Shown here: piece after piece, positions 37,435 to 48,476 of the stretch
Layout of the letters: every line of letters begins with the position of its first letter
Numbering within the stretch: the first letter of the stretch is position 1
Assembly (NCBI RefSeq): GCF_037042905.1
Contig: NC_087260.1
Span: 26,784,001-26,848,000 of the forward strand
DNA length: 64,000 bases
Direction of reading: 5' to 3'
From: Lytechinus pictus
Taxonomy: Eukaryota
The notes under the pieces: generated by a model
The model's database searches: none
Told to the model about the DNA's origin: nothing
Seen by the model: the letters and a program-made list of their open reading frames with translations, nothing else
Program-made: the position numbers and the translations under genes

Positions 37435-40400
37435 CTACACCCTACTCAGATAGTCTGCGCCAACATTTTCTTGCCCCTTGATGGCTTCGACTCTGAACTT
37501 GTACTGTTGGAGAGCCAACGCCCAACGAAGGATTCGCCCATTAGCTACTTTAGATTTCTGAATTGCCAACAAGGGCTGGTGGTCGACTTCGAGTATGAAT
37601 TCTCTACCAAAGAGAAAGGTCTCGAATTTAAGCACAGCCCAAACAACCGCAAGACATTCTTTCTCGATTGTCGAATAGGCTTGTTCCCGAACTAGTAACT
37701 TCTTACTAGCATATGCTATCGGGAACTTCTCTCCGTCAAATTCTTGTAGGAGAACTGCCCCGACTCCTTTGTTTGATGCATCGGTCCTCAAGATGAACTG
37801 TCTGTTCACATCAGGCAAGTGAAGAATGGGTTCTTTGGTCAACATCACCTTCAGACTGGTGAACGCGTTCTCATGTACCTCGTCCCAGTCAAGCATGTTT
37901 GGTTTCCCCTTCTTCAACAGGTCAGTTAGAGGGACAGCAGTTGAAGCGAAGTGGGGAACAAACTTCCTGTAGTAGCCGGCTAATCCCAAAAACGACCGTA
38001 GCTCTTTCTTCGTAGTTGGCCTTGGAGCCGTCTGAATGTCTTCTACTTTGTTGTGGAGTGGTCTGAGATACCCTCTACTCAGCTGGTGTCCTAAGAAGTC
38101 GACTTTTGCAAATCCAACAAAACACTTCTTTGGTTTTGCCTTGAGGTTCGACTCCCTCAGTCTTACCATCAGAGATCGCAGAGCTTCTATGTGTTGATCC
38201 CAGGTAGGTGTGTGCACGAGGATGTCGTCAATGAAATTGTCGACAAATTCAAGACCCCTGAGGACTGTTCTCATCAAGCGACTGAAGCTGGCGGGTGCAT
38301 TCATCAACCCGAATGGCATGGACGTAAACTGATAAAGTCCATCGGGGGTTACAAAGGCAGTTATTGGCTTTGCCTGCTCCGTTAGCGGCACTTGCCAATA
38401 CCCCTTTGTAAGATCGACCTTGGTAAAGAAGTTGTCATTTGCGAGTTTGGCGAATATTTCCTCTTGGTCCGGTATCGGCTCTGCATCTGGGACAGTGATG
38501 GCGTTTATTTTCCTAAAATCGCAACAAAACCTAACACTACCATCCTTTTTGCTTATCAAGACGATTGGAGAAGCGTAAGGAGAGCAGGATGGTTCAATCA
38601 CTCCGAGAGCCAACATCTCCCTTATCTCATCTTTGACGGTTTGCCTTTTAGCATGAGGCAATGGATAAGGTCGGCTTTTCACTGGCACGTCATGGATGAG
38701 CTGGATGTCATGATGTCCAGCTGTACTAAGACTTGGGACATCAGTGAGTATGTCATCAAATTCTCGAAGAAGGGAGGACACTTGTCTGTGCTGCACATCA
38801 GAAAGTTCCTTAGATACTTGAACATCTGAGTATGTTTGCGTTCTGTGCAAACTGGGAAGGGGTAGTAGAGGGCTAGGCGATGATATAATCTTGCCAGTAC
38901 CTTTACCATGGTTGTTCCCACCAACCTCTGAGTCATCCTCGTCCTCAATAACTGAGGTCGCAACCAAGTCCACCACAGCCGCATTCGTCTGCTCTGGTTC
39001 CTCAGCTTCACGTCGTAGATACTGCTTGAGGAGGTTGGCATGGAGGGTTGCCACTCTCTTACCCAAATCAACTCTGTAATCAAAAGGTCCGTGGGTCTGG
39101 ACAATGCGGAATGGACCCTTCCAGTGCATGAGAAGTTTGTTATGGTCAGTCGGAAGAAGAACCAATACCTCATCACCTACTTTAAATGAGCGTTTCTTTG
39201 CTTTTCTATTGTAGCTCTTCCTGTATTTCTCATGCGATTTGTGTAGTTCTCGTTGAGCAATCTCGCAGGTCTTTTCCATCTTCTCCTTTAGATCCAAAAC
39301 GAATTGGTAGGTGCTCTTGGTTTCAGGATGATCAAAGTCCTTTGTCCATAACTCACGTAGTATCAACAGTGGTCCCCTGACCACCCGTCCGTATAAGAGC
39401 TCAAAAGGTGCGAAGCCGGTGCTAGATTGGGGTGTCTCCCGGTATGCAAACAGCAAAGAATCAATGTACCGGTCCCAGTCTTTGGGGCGTTCTTCGCACA
39501 TCTTCACTAGCATCCTCTTCAGTGTACCATTGAACTTCTCCACGAGACCATTACATTGAGGATGGTAGGGGGTAGTCATGATATGCCTTAAAGACAGTAG
39601 ACGAGACACCTCCTTCATGACACCGGAGGTGAACTGTGAACCCCTGTCCGTGAGCATTTCTTTCGGAAAGCCCACTCGTGAAAATATACTCAACAGTGCC
39701 TCCGCTACACTGGATGTATCAATATTCCTAAGGGGCACTGCCTCCGGATACCGCGTCGCATAATCTACGAGGGTGAGGATATATCGATTTCCTTTCGACG
39801 AGATTGGAGCAATCGGGCCAACTATGTCTACTGCGACGCGATGAAACGGCTCATCGATTAGCGGTGTTGAGCCGAGGGGCACCTTTGTCACCTTCCCTTT
39901 GGGAAAAGAACGCTGGCAAGAATCACATGACCTGCAGAACAACTTTACATCATGGTGCATCCCCGGCCAGAAGAAATTTGCTAAGATCCGGTCACCCGTC
40001 TTGCTCGCTCCTAAGTGTCCACCCATGACTGACTCATGGGCCAGCTTTAGAACCTGCTTCCTTAATGGCTGCGGAACTATTAACTGAGTATTGACGTCGG
40101 CTGCTGCCCTTGAGTCTTGAAATTCACGGTAGAGCACACCATTCAACATCTTGAACGAAGACTTATTCCCATTACGGCTTACCTTGACCTCTTCAGCCGC
40201 AACCCGTTGTCTAATCTTATCCAGTGTCTTGTCAGCTTCCTGTGCTTTCCTAAATCCATCTGGAGTTACCTCGGTCAACTGTCCAGGTACTTTCAATCCT
40301 TTTATAGGTTTCCATCTCTCTCTGGCTTGTTGTCTGGTCTCTGCTGCCAATGCATAAGATATGGTCCCTTGCTCTGGTGGTTTCCAATCTAAGTCAGGAT

Positions 40401-41910
40401 CGCTAGCATTTCTGACTCCATCTAAGTTGCCTAAAATCAAAGGGTAAATTGGATTACTAACACACAGAACTTCCAATTCCCCAGTAAAGTAGGGGGTATC
40501 TACATGTATACGCGCCAGTGGGAATCTCCTAACCGTCCTATCAATCAATAGGCACAGTCGCTGTTTCCCCGTCATTTGACCAGGTTTTACTAACTTCTCT
40601 TTTACCAGGGCAGCTGTGCTTCCACTATCTCGGAGGGTTTCCACTAAAACTCCATTAACAAGACCTCGGACAACTGGCATTGAACGCACAGACTTTGCCT
40701 CACATGCCACACTCACTACCGGTAAATCTTGCTCCTGAGACCGGTTTGCCCTGCCTGCTTCAAGGCACGGGATACATGAATCAATTAACAGACATGCTGC
40801 CTCACCTATATCAAGAGTGAAGTTACTCTCCTCAGTGTGGTGATCCCCTCTCTCTACCTCTGTCCTAGTCTGCATCTCGGCCGTCCCATACGACGACATC
40901 AGGGGCTGTGGTCCCAGACCAGCGTAGCCGCGTCCCGATGACCCTTGTGGTTCTGCCAACTCTACCATGCCCGCAGCAAGCCTTCCCTGTCTCTTCTCAT
41001 TGCAGTTCCGAGCGAAATGTCCTTTGCTACCACAGACGTAACATCCCTCTCGCCTTGGTCGGTTGGTCTGTTTGTCCTGGGACGGCGGCTGCTTCCTCGC
41101 CTCTGGTGTACCTGTTATCTTAGAACGAAAGTCAGGACGTGAGTTCTCAGTTCGAGGTTTGTGACTTACATTGGTCAAACGCCACCCACCCCGAGCTTCT
41201 ATAAAGCGATCCGCTATCTCTGAAAGCTCATCCAAGCTACGAGGTTTGCGCTCTCTTATGAACATCGCCATTTCTCTTGAACAACTATCATAAAACTGTT
41301 CTATGAGAACTAATTCCTTCATATTATCTAAATTTTCCTGATATCCACCTAGTATTAACCATTTCTTGAGATAAACTCTCATTCGATAAACAAATTGGCT
41401 CGCACTTTCTCCGGAGTCCGGCCTTGCTGATCGCAATTTTTTCCTATACTCTTCACTAGTAATGTCATATCTCTTCAAGAGCGCCCTCTTTAGGGTATCG
41501 TAATCTAACGCTTCAGTATCGCTCAGTCTACTATACGTGTCTAATGCCTTGCCTGTCAAAAGCGCGCTCAGATTAGTAGCCCATGACGCCTGTGGCCAGG
41601 ATTGCGCCGATGCGTATCGCTCAAATCTGCTAAGATACGTATCGAGATTATCCCTATCCTCGCTGAATGTAGGCAATTTTGGTGCTCGTACATGCACTCT
41701 ACTTTCATTCAGTGTTTCCTCGCTTCTCTCACCTCTCGAACGCTCTAGCTCCATTTGCAACCTAACCAACTCTTGTTCTTCCTTCACTCTCTCACGATCG
41801 AGCATGCGCTCTTCTCGTGCCCGATTTTGCTCTCCTTCTATAAAAGATCGTAACTCCGTACCTCTCAGGCCAAGAGATTCCCCGATGCTAGCGAGTTTTT
41901 CGACTTCCAT
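37435..41910 (-). CDS. Gag-Pol polyprotein (capsid/SCAN-like, CCHC knuckle, protease, integrase, RT, RNase H), 1491 aa
   Basis: CYVCGSKGHFARNC, LRDSGS protease, H-x6-H...CDSC zinc finger with DIVGP/TDRG/YHPQCNGLVE integrase core, then RT (DLTKGYWQ, MPFGL, FIDDIL) and RNase H (TDAS, EKECLA, DHQPL, ADYLSR). No stop or frameshift. Confidence 0.96.
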   Translation of the reverse strand: MEVEKLASIGESLGLRGTELRSFIEGEQNRAREERMLDRERVKEEQELVRLQMELERSRGERSEETLNESRVHVRAPKLPTFSEDRDNLDTYLSRFERYASAQSWPQASWATNLSALLTGKALDTYSRLSDTEALDYDTLKRALLKRYDITSEEYRKKLRSARPDSGESASQFVYRMRVYLKKWLILGGYQENLDNMKELVLIEQFYDSCSREMAMFIRERKPRSLDELSEIADRFIEARGGWRLTNVSHKPRTENSRPDFRSKITGTPEARKQPPSQDKQTNRPRREGCYVCGSKGHFARNCNEKRQGRLAAGMVELAEPQGSSGRGYAGLGPQPLMSSYGTAEMQTRTEVERGDHHTEESNFTLDIGEAACLLIDSCIPCLEAGRANRSQEQDLPVVSVACEAKSVRSMPVVRGLVNGVLVETLRDSGSTAALVKEKLVKPGQMTGKQRLCLLIDRTVRRFPLARIHVDTPYFTGELEVLCVSNPIYPLILGNLDGVRNASDPDLDWKPPEQGTISYALAAETRQQARERWKPIKGLKVPGQLTEVTPDGFRKAQEADKTLDKIRQRVAAEEVKVSRNGNKSSFKMLNGVLYREFQDSRAAADVNTQLIVPQPLRKQVLKLAHESVMGGHLGASKTGDRILANFFWPGMHHDVKLFCRSCDSCQRSFPKGKVTKVPLGSTPLIDEPFHRVAVDIVGPIAPISSKGNRYILTLVDYATRYPEAVPLRNIDTSSVAEALLSIFSRVGFPKEMLTDRGSQFTSGVMKEVSRLLSLRHIMTTPYHPQCNGLVEKFNGTLKRMLVKMCEERPKDWDRYIDSLLFAYRETPQSSTGFAPFELLYGRVVRGPLLILRELWTKDFDHPETKSTYQFVLDLKEKMEKTCEIAQRELHKSHEKYRKSYNRKAKKRSFKVGDEVLVLLPTDHNKLLMHWKGPFRIVQTHGPFDYRVDLGKRVATLHANLLKQYLRREAEEPEQTNAAVVDLVATSVIEDEDDSEVGGNNHGKGTGKIISSPSPLLPLPSLHRTQTYSDVQVSKELSDVQHRQVSSLLREFDDILTDVPSLSTAGHHDIQLIHDVPVKSRPYPLPHAKRQTVKDEIREMLALGVIEPSCSPYASPIVLISKKDGSVRFCCDFRKINAITVPDAEPIPDQEEIFAKLANDNFFTKVDLTKGYWQVPLTEQAKPITAFVTPDGLYQFTSMPFGLMNAPASFSRLMRTVLRGLEFVDNFIDDILVHTPTWDQHIEALRSLMVRLRESNLKAKPKKCFVGFAKVDFLGHQLSRGYLRPLHNKVEDIQTAPRPTTKKELRSFLGLAGYYRKFVPHFASTAVPLTDLLKKGKPNMLDWDEVHENAFTSLKVMLTKEPILHLPDVNRQFILRTDASNKGVGAVLLQEFDGEKFPIAYASKKLLVREQAYSTIEKECLAVVWAVLKFETFLFGREFILEVDHQPLLAIQKSKVANGRILRWALALQQYKFRVEAIKGQENVGADYLSRV

Positions 41911-42190
41911 TTTGAAATCTAAACTAGCCTAATAATTAAGATTTACACTTACCGCCGTTCTTGAACCAAGCCGCCACTCGAACCAAGTTTTCGCCAGCTC
42001 TGCACTCTCTACCGATCCACTACTTACATGTCCTATACCAAGAAAATTTCAAAACATTGTTTTATTATACCACATACCAAACGTTCATGTATATCAAAGC
42101 AAACGTCTTATACTAATGAATATCTAACAAGTTGTATCACCAAAAATAAAATCACTACCAGTGGTTGACATATAATTTGAAAAAATAGAG

Positions 42191-42208
42191 GTCCCTTCGT
42201 GGTCGCCA
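42191..42208 (-). other. Primer-binding site complementary to the tRNA-Arg(UCG) 3' end
   Basis: Minus-strand TGGCGACCACGAAGGGAC lies 3 nt from the 5' LTR. Its complement GTCCCTTCGTGGTCG-CCA matches the metazoan tRNA-Arg-TCG 3' end as I recall it. Confidence 0.8.
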
Positions 42209-42211
42209 AAT

Positions 42212-43621
42212 TGTCACCACTAGTCTCGGGAAATACAAACAGGTATTAAATAAGTCTGTAGAGTTGTTTGATGGTTATAAACTAGGTAAAACCAATTACC
42301 ATCTTTATTACTCTTTGAAGAAATAATAGATTATACCTGGTGAATTTGATCACAACAAACAAACAAATCTCGATAATTCACAATAGTTCCATACAACCGT
42401 AAGGTTCACCTTTAAACAAGATTTGGTTTAAAAAAGAGTACAATGATTCAAACATTTGGAATTCGTTGCAATTAATTTGCATAGAAAAGAATATATATAA
42501 TACAATTGTTTTGAAGTATGAATGCATTTTCTTGATAAACTAACAGCAGTATTAAAGAGTCACATTCGCGATGAATACATACAGGTAGCAGTCTGTGGAT
42601 GATTTAATATCATTTTTTTTCTGCCGTTGGCATGACGTCGATCTTGTCAGCTTATCGTGGGCTATATAATACGACGTCTTCAAGTGATGGTCGAATTCCT
42701 CAATCGCAGTGCCGAGGAAGATTTCCTCCAGTCATTTATCCTGCAGACAAAACTGGTTCCACAAATGGCGGCCTGGTATCACAGGCTTACCAAGGTGTGA
42801 GACTGTGGAAATGGGAATTACTGTTTCTATTAGTTCTTCTTTTACATAATATTCTATATTCTATTTATCTCTCAGTTAAGGAAATATAAAATAAGAAAAA
42901 AAAAAATACTTATAGAATTGTTTTTTTTTCTCTCCAAAAAAAAATCAACGACACAAATCACAATAAATGTTGTATACATACTTTATACCCAATCAAGGGA
43001 TACATAGAAAACTGAATATTTCATGTCTTGTTTTCTTTTTGTGACAGTAGTAATTATTATTTTTCATACGACGCATTTACAATTCAGTAGTAAAACTTAT
43101 TCGTCACCTTTGGACAAAAATAACTATAGTGATAACTTGTCGAAAATCCTGACATGTATATAGAACAAATGAGCATTTAAGTTAAATTTCAGGGTACAAT
43201 ATTTAAATGCTTCCAACCTTTCAACAGCAATTGCATGTAATTAATATAGGTTGAATGATAAGCCAGTTCAACTTACGTTTATCTCGTCAAAACAAAAGTG
43301 TAGTAGAAACCCCGCAGAACAGCGTTGGCGTGGTCCTTGTAGGGACTTGGTTCTGACGGCTAATAAACTGGAAAACATTGCATTCTGACAAGAAATCTCC
43401 ATAGCCTTTTCACCTCACTTCCCACTACACCACGCCCTGGTCTCACTTGCCCTGCACACACACGTATACGGCCTTTCCTGTACACGGCTTTTAGCATTCT
43501 GCCAACGTGGCGCGAAAAACTCTCAACCCTAACGTAGCGACAGCGAATCATTATACGCATGGACGCATCGCATTCCGATACTAGTGTCCTAATTAAACCC
43601 ACGTATTGGCGAACTTTGACA
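42212..43621 (-). repeat. 5' LTR
   Basis: Direct repeat of 35884-37293, adjacent to the PBS. Confidence 0.95.
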
Positions 43622-44341
43622 AGGTACAAAATCCCTGCTTGTGATTGGCCCAGAGCAAATTTATCAGTTAGCTTAATTGTCATTTATCACCAGTAGGGGA
43701 GGGTTTCATAAAAAGTGTTTTTTACACTGACAGCTATTGTAAGTTAGGTACAAAATCCTTGCTTGTGATTGGCCAAGAGCAAATTTGTCAGTAAGTTTAC
43801 TGCCTTTCTGTCCACTAGGGGAGGGTTTCATGAAGTATTTGTTTACATCAACGACTGTTATAAGCTATTTAAATCCTTGCATGTGATTGGCCAATAGCAA
43901 ATTTTTCAGTTTCATTGATAATTTATCACTACTAGGGGATGGTTTCATAAAGGTGTTTTTTCACACTGATGAATGTTATAAGCTACTGATATCCTTGGTT
44001 ACAATTTTGCCAAGAACAAATTTATCAGTGATTTTCACCAGCACTCCTTCAAAACCAGGTCAGGGTTTCACAAGTCAGTGATTTACACTCAATGAAAACT
44101 TTTTAAAAAATACTGACATCCTTGCTTGTGAATTGCCAAGAGCAAATTTGTTTATATGTAACTCACTGACAAGATACCTTGTGAAATTTTCCCCTATTTT
44201 CCATCTCGGAAACCTTTTAAGGAAGTGTATAATATGGCACAGAAAAATTGAGGGGCCTGCTCCAGAAAGTACTTACGATTCGGTGGATTCACAATACGAT
44301 GCGCCTTCTTTGGTTGCAGCGGACAGGCCGAAATTTGCAAT

Positions 44342-44549
44342 GGAGCGCTGTGGCCCAGTGGATTAGTCTTGTGACTTTGAAACAGAGGGTCGTGGGTTCG
44401 AATCCCAGCCATGGCGTAATTTCCTTCAGCAAGAAATTCATCCACATTGTGCTGCACTCAACCCAGGTGAGGTGAATGCAGGCATGACAATTCTCCGCGT
44501 TTCCGCGGATTTCCGCGTTTTTTTGTTTGCTGAATTTCCCCCCCCCCCC

Positions 44550-44582
<33 letters not shown>

Positions 44583-45040
44583 ATTTTTTTTTAAACCAGG
44601 GAAGTGCTATTGCTATTTTTTAGTATTTTTTTAGTTTTTTTAATTGAATTTTGGACAAAAAATCAATATAAATACTTCATTACAATCATTCAACTCAAAC
44701 AGGTTTTTGGAGTTGTAAAATTGATAAAACCCAGGAGCTTAAGGGGGCGTTGCCCCCTGGACCCCACCCGTTAGCAGCGAGCGGCTCGCCCGGTGGGCTT
44801 CGCCCACCGTCTTGTCAACGACATTTCCAAAACCCTTTCAGCTTTTTTTTTCATACCCAATTTTCATGCCTGTGAATGGGTACCTGGCAGGAATTTATTC
44901 CTTGAAATGCCACCGCGCTGTAAAAGGCTGCGGGGCTAAAGCCGGGGTAATAATATTCAAGTCCTTTGGAAGCGCATAGGGACGTTATGACATAATGTGA
45001 TATGCGCTATACAAGAACTGCGTTATTATTATTATTATTA
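44342..45040 (+). mobile_element. Full-length tRNA-derived SINE, split by a DNA-transposon insertion
   Basis: A box TGGCCCAGTGG, B box GGTTCGAATCC, and an L2-like 3' end (aagcgc...gcgctata) with a (TTA)n tail. Confidence 0.8.
44479..44872. mobile_element. CAG...CTG MITE with 6-bp TSD
   Basis: TIR CAGGCATGACAATT / AATTTTCATGCCTG, with TGAATG duplicated on both sides. Confidence 0.8.
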
Positions 45041-45859
45041 ATGCATTACGAGGAAAAAAGTCGACGTCTGTACGGTCTGTTGCGCGTGCTAGTACTAAAG
45101 TGAATGCATACATGCAGTTATTCAGTGCTTGCCAAAATGGCTCGACCGGATATGCTGTTTACTAGGGTCCAGGAGGTAGGAGGGAAACTTACCTGCATAT
45201 TTCTTTGCAAAATTTAGACCATTTTTAGTGAATTCTTGCCATATGGTTTCCATTTTTTGAAGCCCTAGCACTGTGCGCTGCCTGCGCCTGTGCGCAATGT
45301 CGACCCCAAAGTTACAAATTTGGCCTGTTCGCTGCAACCGATAGGTGGTGCACCATATTGTGAATCTACCAAATTATGGTAAGTTAACCATTATGACAAT
45401 TACCCCGGGGCTCAGCATCCAATCAAAATCAATGTATCATTGTCAGTTTCCATAATGGCATAATTTACCATAATTGTATTGGTCTTTATGAAACAGGCCC
45501 CAGAACTGCATTTGGCATGCACATAGTTCATTGCATGGCATTTCAAAACTTTGTGCTTTTGATTTTTAATATAACAAAACTGTATTATGTTGCATTGCAG
45601 CTTTGATTTGACAAAATAAAGTATGCCAATTTTCGCCTTGAGAATTTTTACCTTTGGGACACATCATTTTTTACCCATCAAACATTTTAGCTTTCAATTT
45701 TTGTAACTTAAAAAAAAGAATGAAATTGATTTAAATTCAAAGAATGTTTGAAGGTGTGGTTTTAATTTATAAAGAAAATTGCTTCTCAATTTGAAAAAAA
45801 AAATGAAAATGATGAAAATCCATATTTTATTGTTCGAAAGAGACATGAAATGAAATACT

Positions 45860-46069
45860 CAGAAAGTTTGCTTTGCCCAATTGATCATGGGCCTGGCGGC
45901 TGCTGTGCAGCGCCAGATCAACGAGGCTCTAATCCCTTTAATCATTGAACGCCAAACAGGGTAGCAGCAACTCCCATCTTTTAATGTCTTTTGGTCTGAC
46001 GCGGCCGGGGTTTGAATCCCTGACCTCCTGGTTGTGAGACGGACGCTCAACCAACTGAGCCAACACCTG
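45860..46069 (-). mobile_element. tRNA-derived SINE (a third family)
   Basis: Minus strand has TGGCTCAGTTGG (A box) and GATTCAAACCC (B box-like) followed by a non-tRNA body. Confidence 0.7.
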
Positions 46070-48069
46070 TTTCGATCTGAGTACTTTTGGCAAAAATATG
46101 TCAACTACATTAGAGATTAGCATTATGCACATATTGACATACAGTATGTTGTCTAGGACCAAAGAAACCACCTTATCAAAGCCCACAGTGGGTTGCCAGA
46201 CTACTTTTTATGTATTGAGCCAAATTGGGTATTTGGACCTCTAAATAAAATTCAAAATTCTGAAAATTTGCTTATTTGAAAGAGATAGAACAATTATTCT
46301 ACTACCTCCTTGAAATTAAATTGAGGTCATGAAATTCATCAGACAGTATGTATACGATATAAAACAATTTCAATAACATTACTTGTTTCGGATAGCTGAT
46401 ATTAGAAAAAGAAGTTAACTGTGCAAAAGTATGACACATTTGATTTAATGAGTTTAGTTGATCATTTATTACAAATTACCGGTATGTAAAATATTTCAAA
46501 AACTTAAGATCTTGTTTTCAAACTTATAGCTGCACTTATTTTAGTTTTGGCCTACTAATTTTGGGTATTCATCTAGATTGTTACTTTATTCTTTAGCAAT
46601 TTTGAAGGGAATATAGAGACAAGCCAACTCTGTCCATATAGAAGACTCAAACTATATTTGATGGTCGGATAGGAAGTGACCTACATGTATTGCCCATGTC
46701 CTCCATCATAGTCATCTATTGTGTTTGATAATTTTTCGGCAAAGCAGCTACTTGTACTTGTAAATAAATTTGGTCAGTGTTTAGGCATGGTCATAATGAT
46801 GCATAATGACAAAAAATGTGCAATATATAGAGAGTTATTAAAGGCAATTATTAAAAATGCCAGCTACATTTACCTTGTCGAGGTGACAAATGTACACTTT
46901 ATCGAACTGTTGGTGCTTATTTGTGTGTATACTACATGTACATGTACGAGAAATTCAATAAGTATTGAGATAGAGAGTAGTAATGGTATGCCTAGCATAA
47001 AAATATGTTCTTTATGATATTATCATCTCTTTTACAATCATTCTTTCTTTAGCAATCACAATTTTATGTTCAAGATCATTTCACAAATATTGCCAGTGTT
47101 AACAATTTCATGAATTTTTGTGCTTCAAAATGGTTGAAATGTCACAAACTGTATATTGAGATAAGCGTGAATTGCAAAATTGCAGGCTATATTATTGGTA
47201 TGCAAGTTCCATAGATTGAGCATCTATGCATTTCAGAAAACTGTTATTATTTTAATTGTAATCCTTTCATAGTGACTGAAATCTTTATCAATTCAGACCA
47301 AATATAAGTTATTATATTATTTGTACATGTATGCATTTGTTATTACTGAAACTGATTATCTTGTACATATTGTTCAATAGAAATGTACATACATGTTGTA
47401 CTTTTGATTTTAAAAAATTGAACAAAAAGAATGAATACATTTGGTTTGGCGAGTATTGAAAGTTGACTTTGTTTTATTTAAAAAATATGAGTAAAAAGTA
47501 CTATTGAGTGTTTCATGTTATAATAGACAGCTTGTGTGAAGTTGATGGAGTACATTGTCCACTTTATGAATATATATTGTTTAGTTTTATAGATTAAAGA
47601 AATTAAGAAGGTAGAATTTACCATTTTAATTTCTTTTTAGAAATAAATGGCAAGAATGTATTCTTAATTCCTTTCATAGAATTCAAAGGAACAAATCCAT
47701 TTAAAATGAACCCATTCAACAGAGTATGAATAAGCAATTTCAGATTTTCATAGAAAATTGATGGAAATGACAATGTAATTCCATTTTAAAATGTGCATTA
47801 TTTATTTTTTTAAAACTCATTTACCCATTTGCAGAATGAAGATTAGTTAGTAAAAAATGTTATTAGTTCACTTTTGTATTTTTTTAAATTAACCCCAATT
47901 ATTTCTTCTTTTTTCATAGAGGCATTAACTAATTTATCCAGTTCAATAACATTGAAATATGATTAAATTGAAAATGTTCAAAAATATTTTCAAACATTTT
48001 TTTTGGTCAATACATACATGTATTTAGCAAATATATCAAAGTGGGTATGAACAAGTTGATGAACTCTTA

Positions 48070-48476
48070 GGCCTGAATTCATAAAGATGGTTTTTTAAAC
48101 CATCGGTTAAACCCATAGTTTATGCAGATTTCCTGCATAAATTACGCTTATTTTACCGCGTATATTAAAAAATGTCCAATGCTGATGCGTGCTTTGTCAC
48201 AGTGCGCCAAATTGACGCCTGTTGCCATGGTTATCCACGCTATTTAATTCACGAGTCCACTGATTGAAGAGTGGCCTCATTAGTTAAAAACAGTGGACTC
48301 ATGAATAAAATAGCGTGGATAACCATGGCAACAGGCGTCAATTTGGCGCACTGACAAAAGCGTGCATCAGCATTGGACGTTTTTAATATATGCGGTAAAG
48401 CGTAATCTATACAGGAAATCTGCATGAACCATGGGTTCAATCGATGGTTTCAAAAACCACCTTTTGAATTCAGGCC
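48070..48476. mobile_element. Palindromic (foldback) MITE, ~190-bp arms
   Basis: GGCCTGAATTCA...TGAATTCAGGCC; the arms are nearly perfectly complementary around a ~28-nt loop. Confidence 0.85.

Larger units (their letters stand above)
35884..43621 (-). mobile_element. Full-length Gmr1-type Ty3/Gypsy LTR retrotransposon
   Basis: LTRs at 42212-43621 (5') and 35884-37293 (3') are both 1410 bp with TG...CA ends. TSD AGGTA at 35879-35883 and 43622-43626. PBS, PPT and an intact ORF are present. Confidence 0.97.
35597..44194 (+). repeat. ~118-bp tandem array (about 7 units), interrupted by the LTR retrotransposon
   Basis: Units ggagggtttcat..tttacactgac..aatccttgc..tgattggcc.agagcaaattt.tcag start at about 35597, 35716, 35831, 43697, 43818, 43936 and 44060. 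Confidence 0.8.

Noticed and set aside
35597-44194. CRISPR-like repeat array
   Set aside because: Eukaryotic context; the units are diverged tandem repeats without unique spacers, and there are no cas genes.
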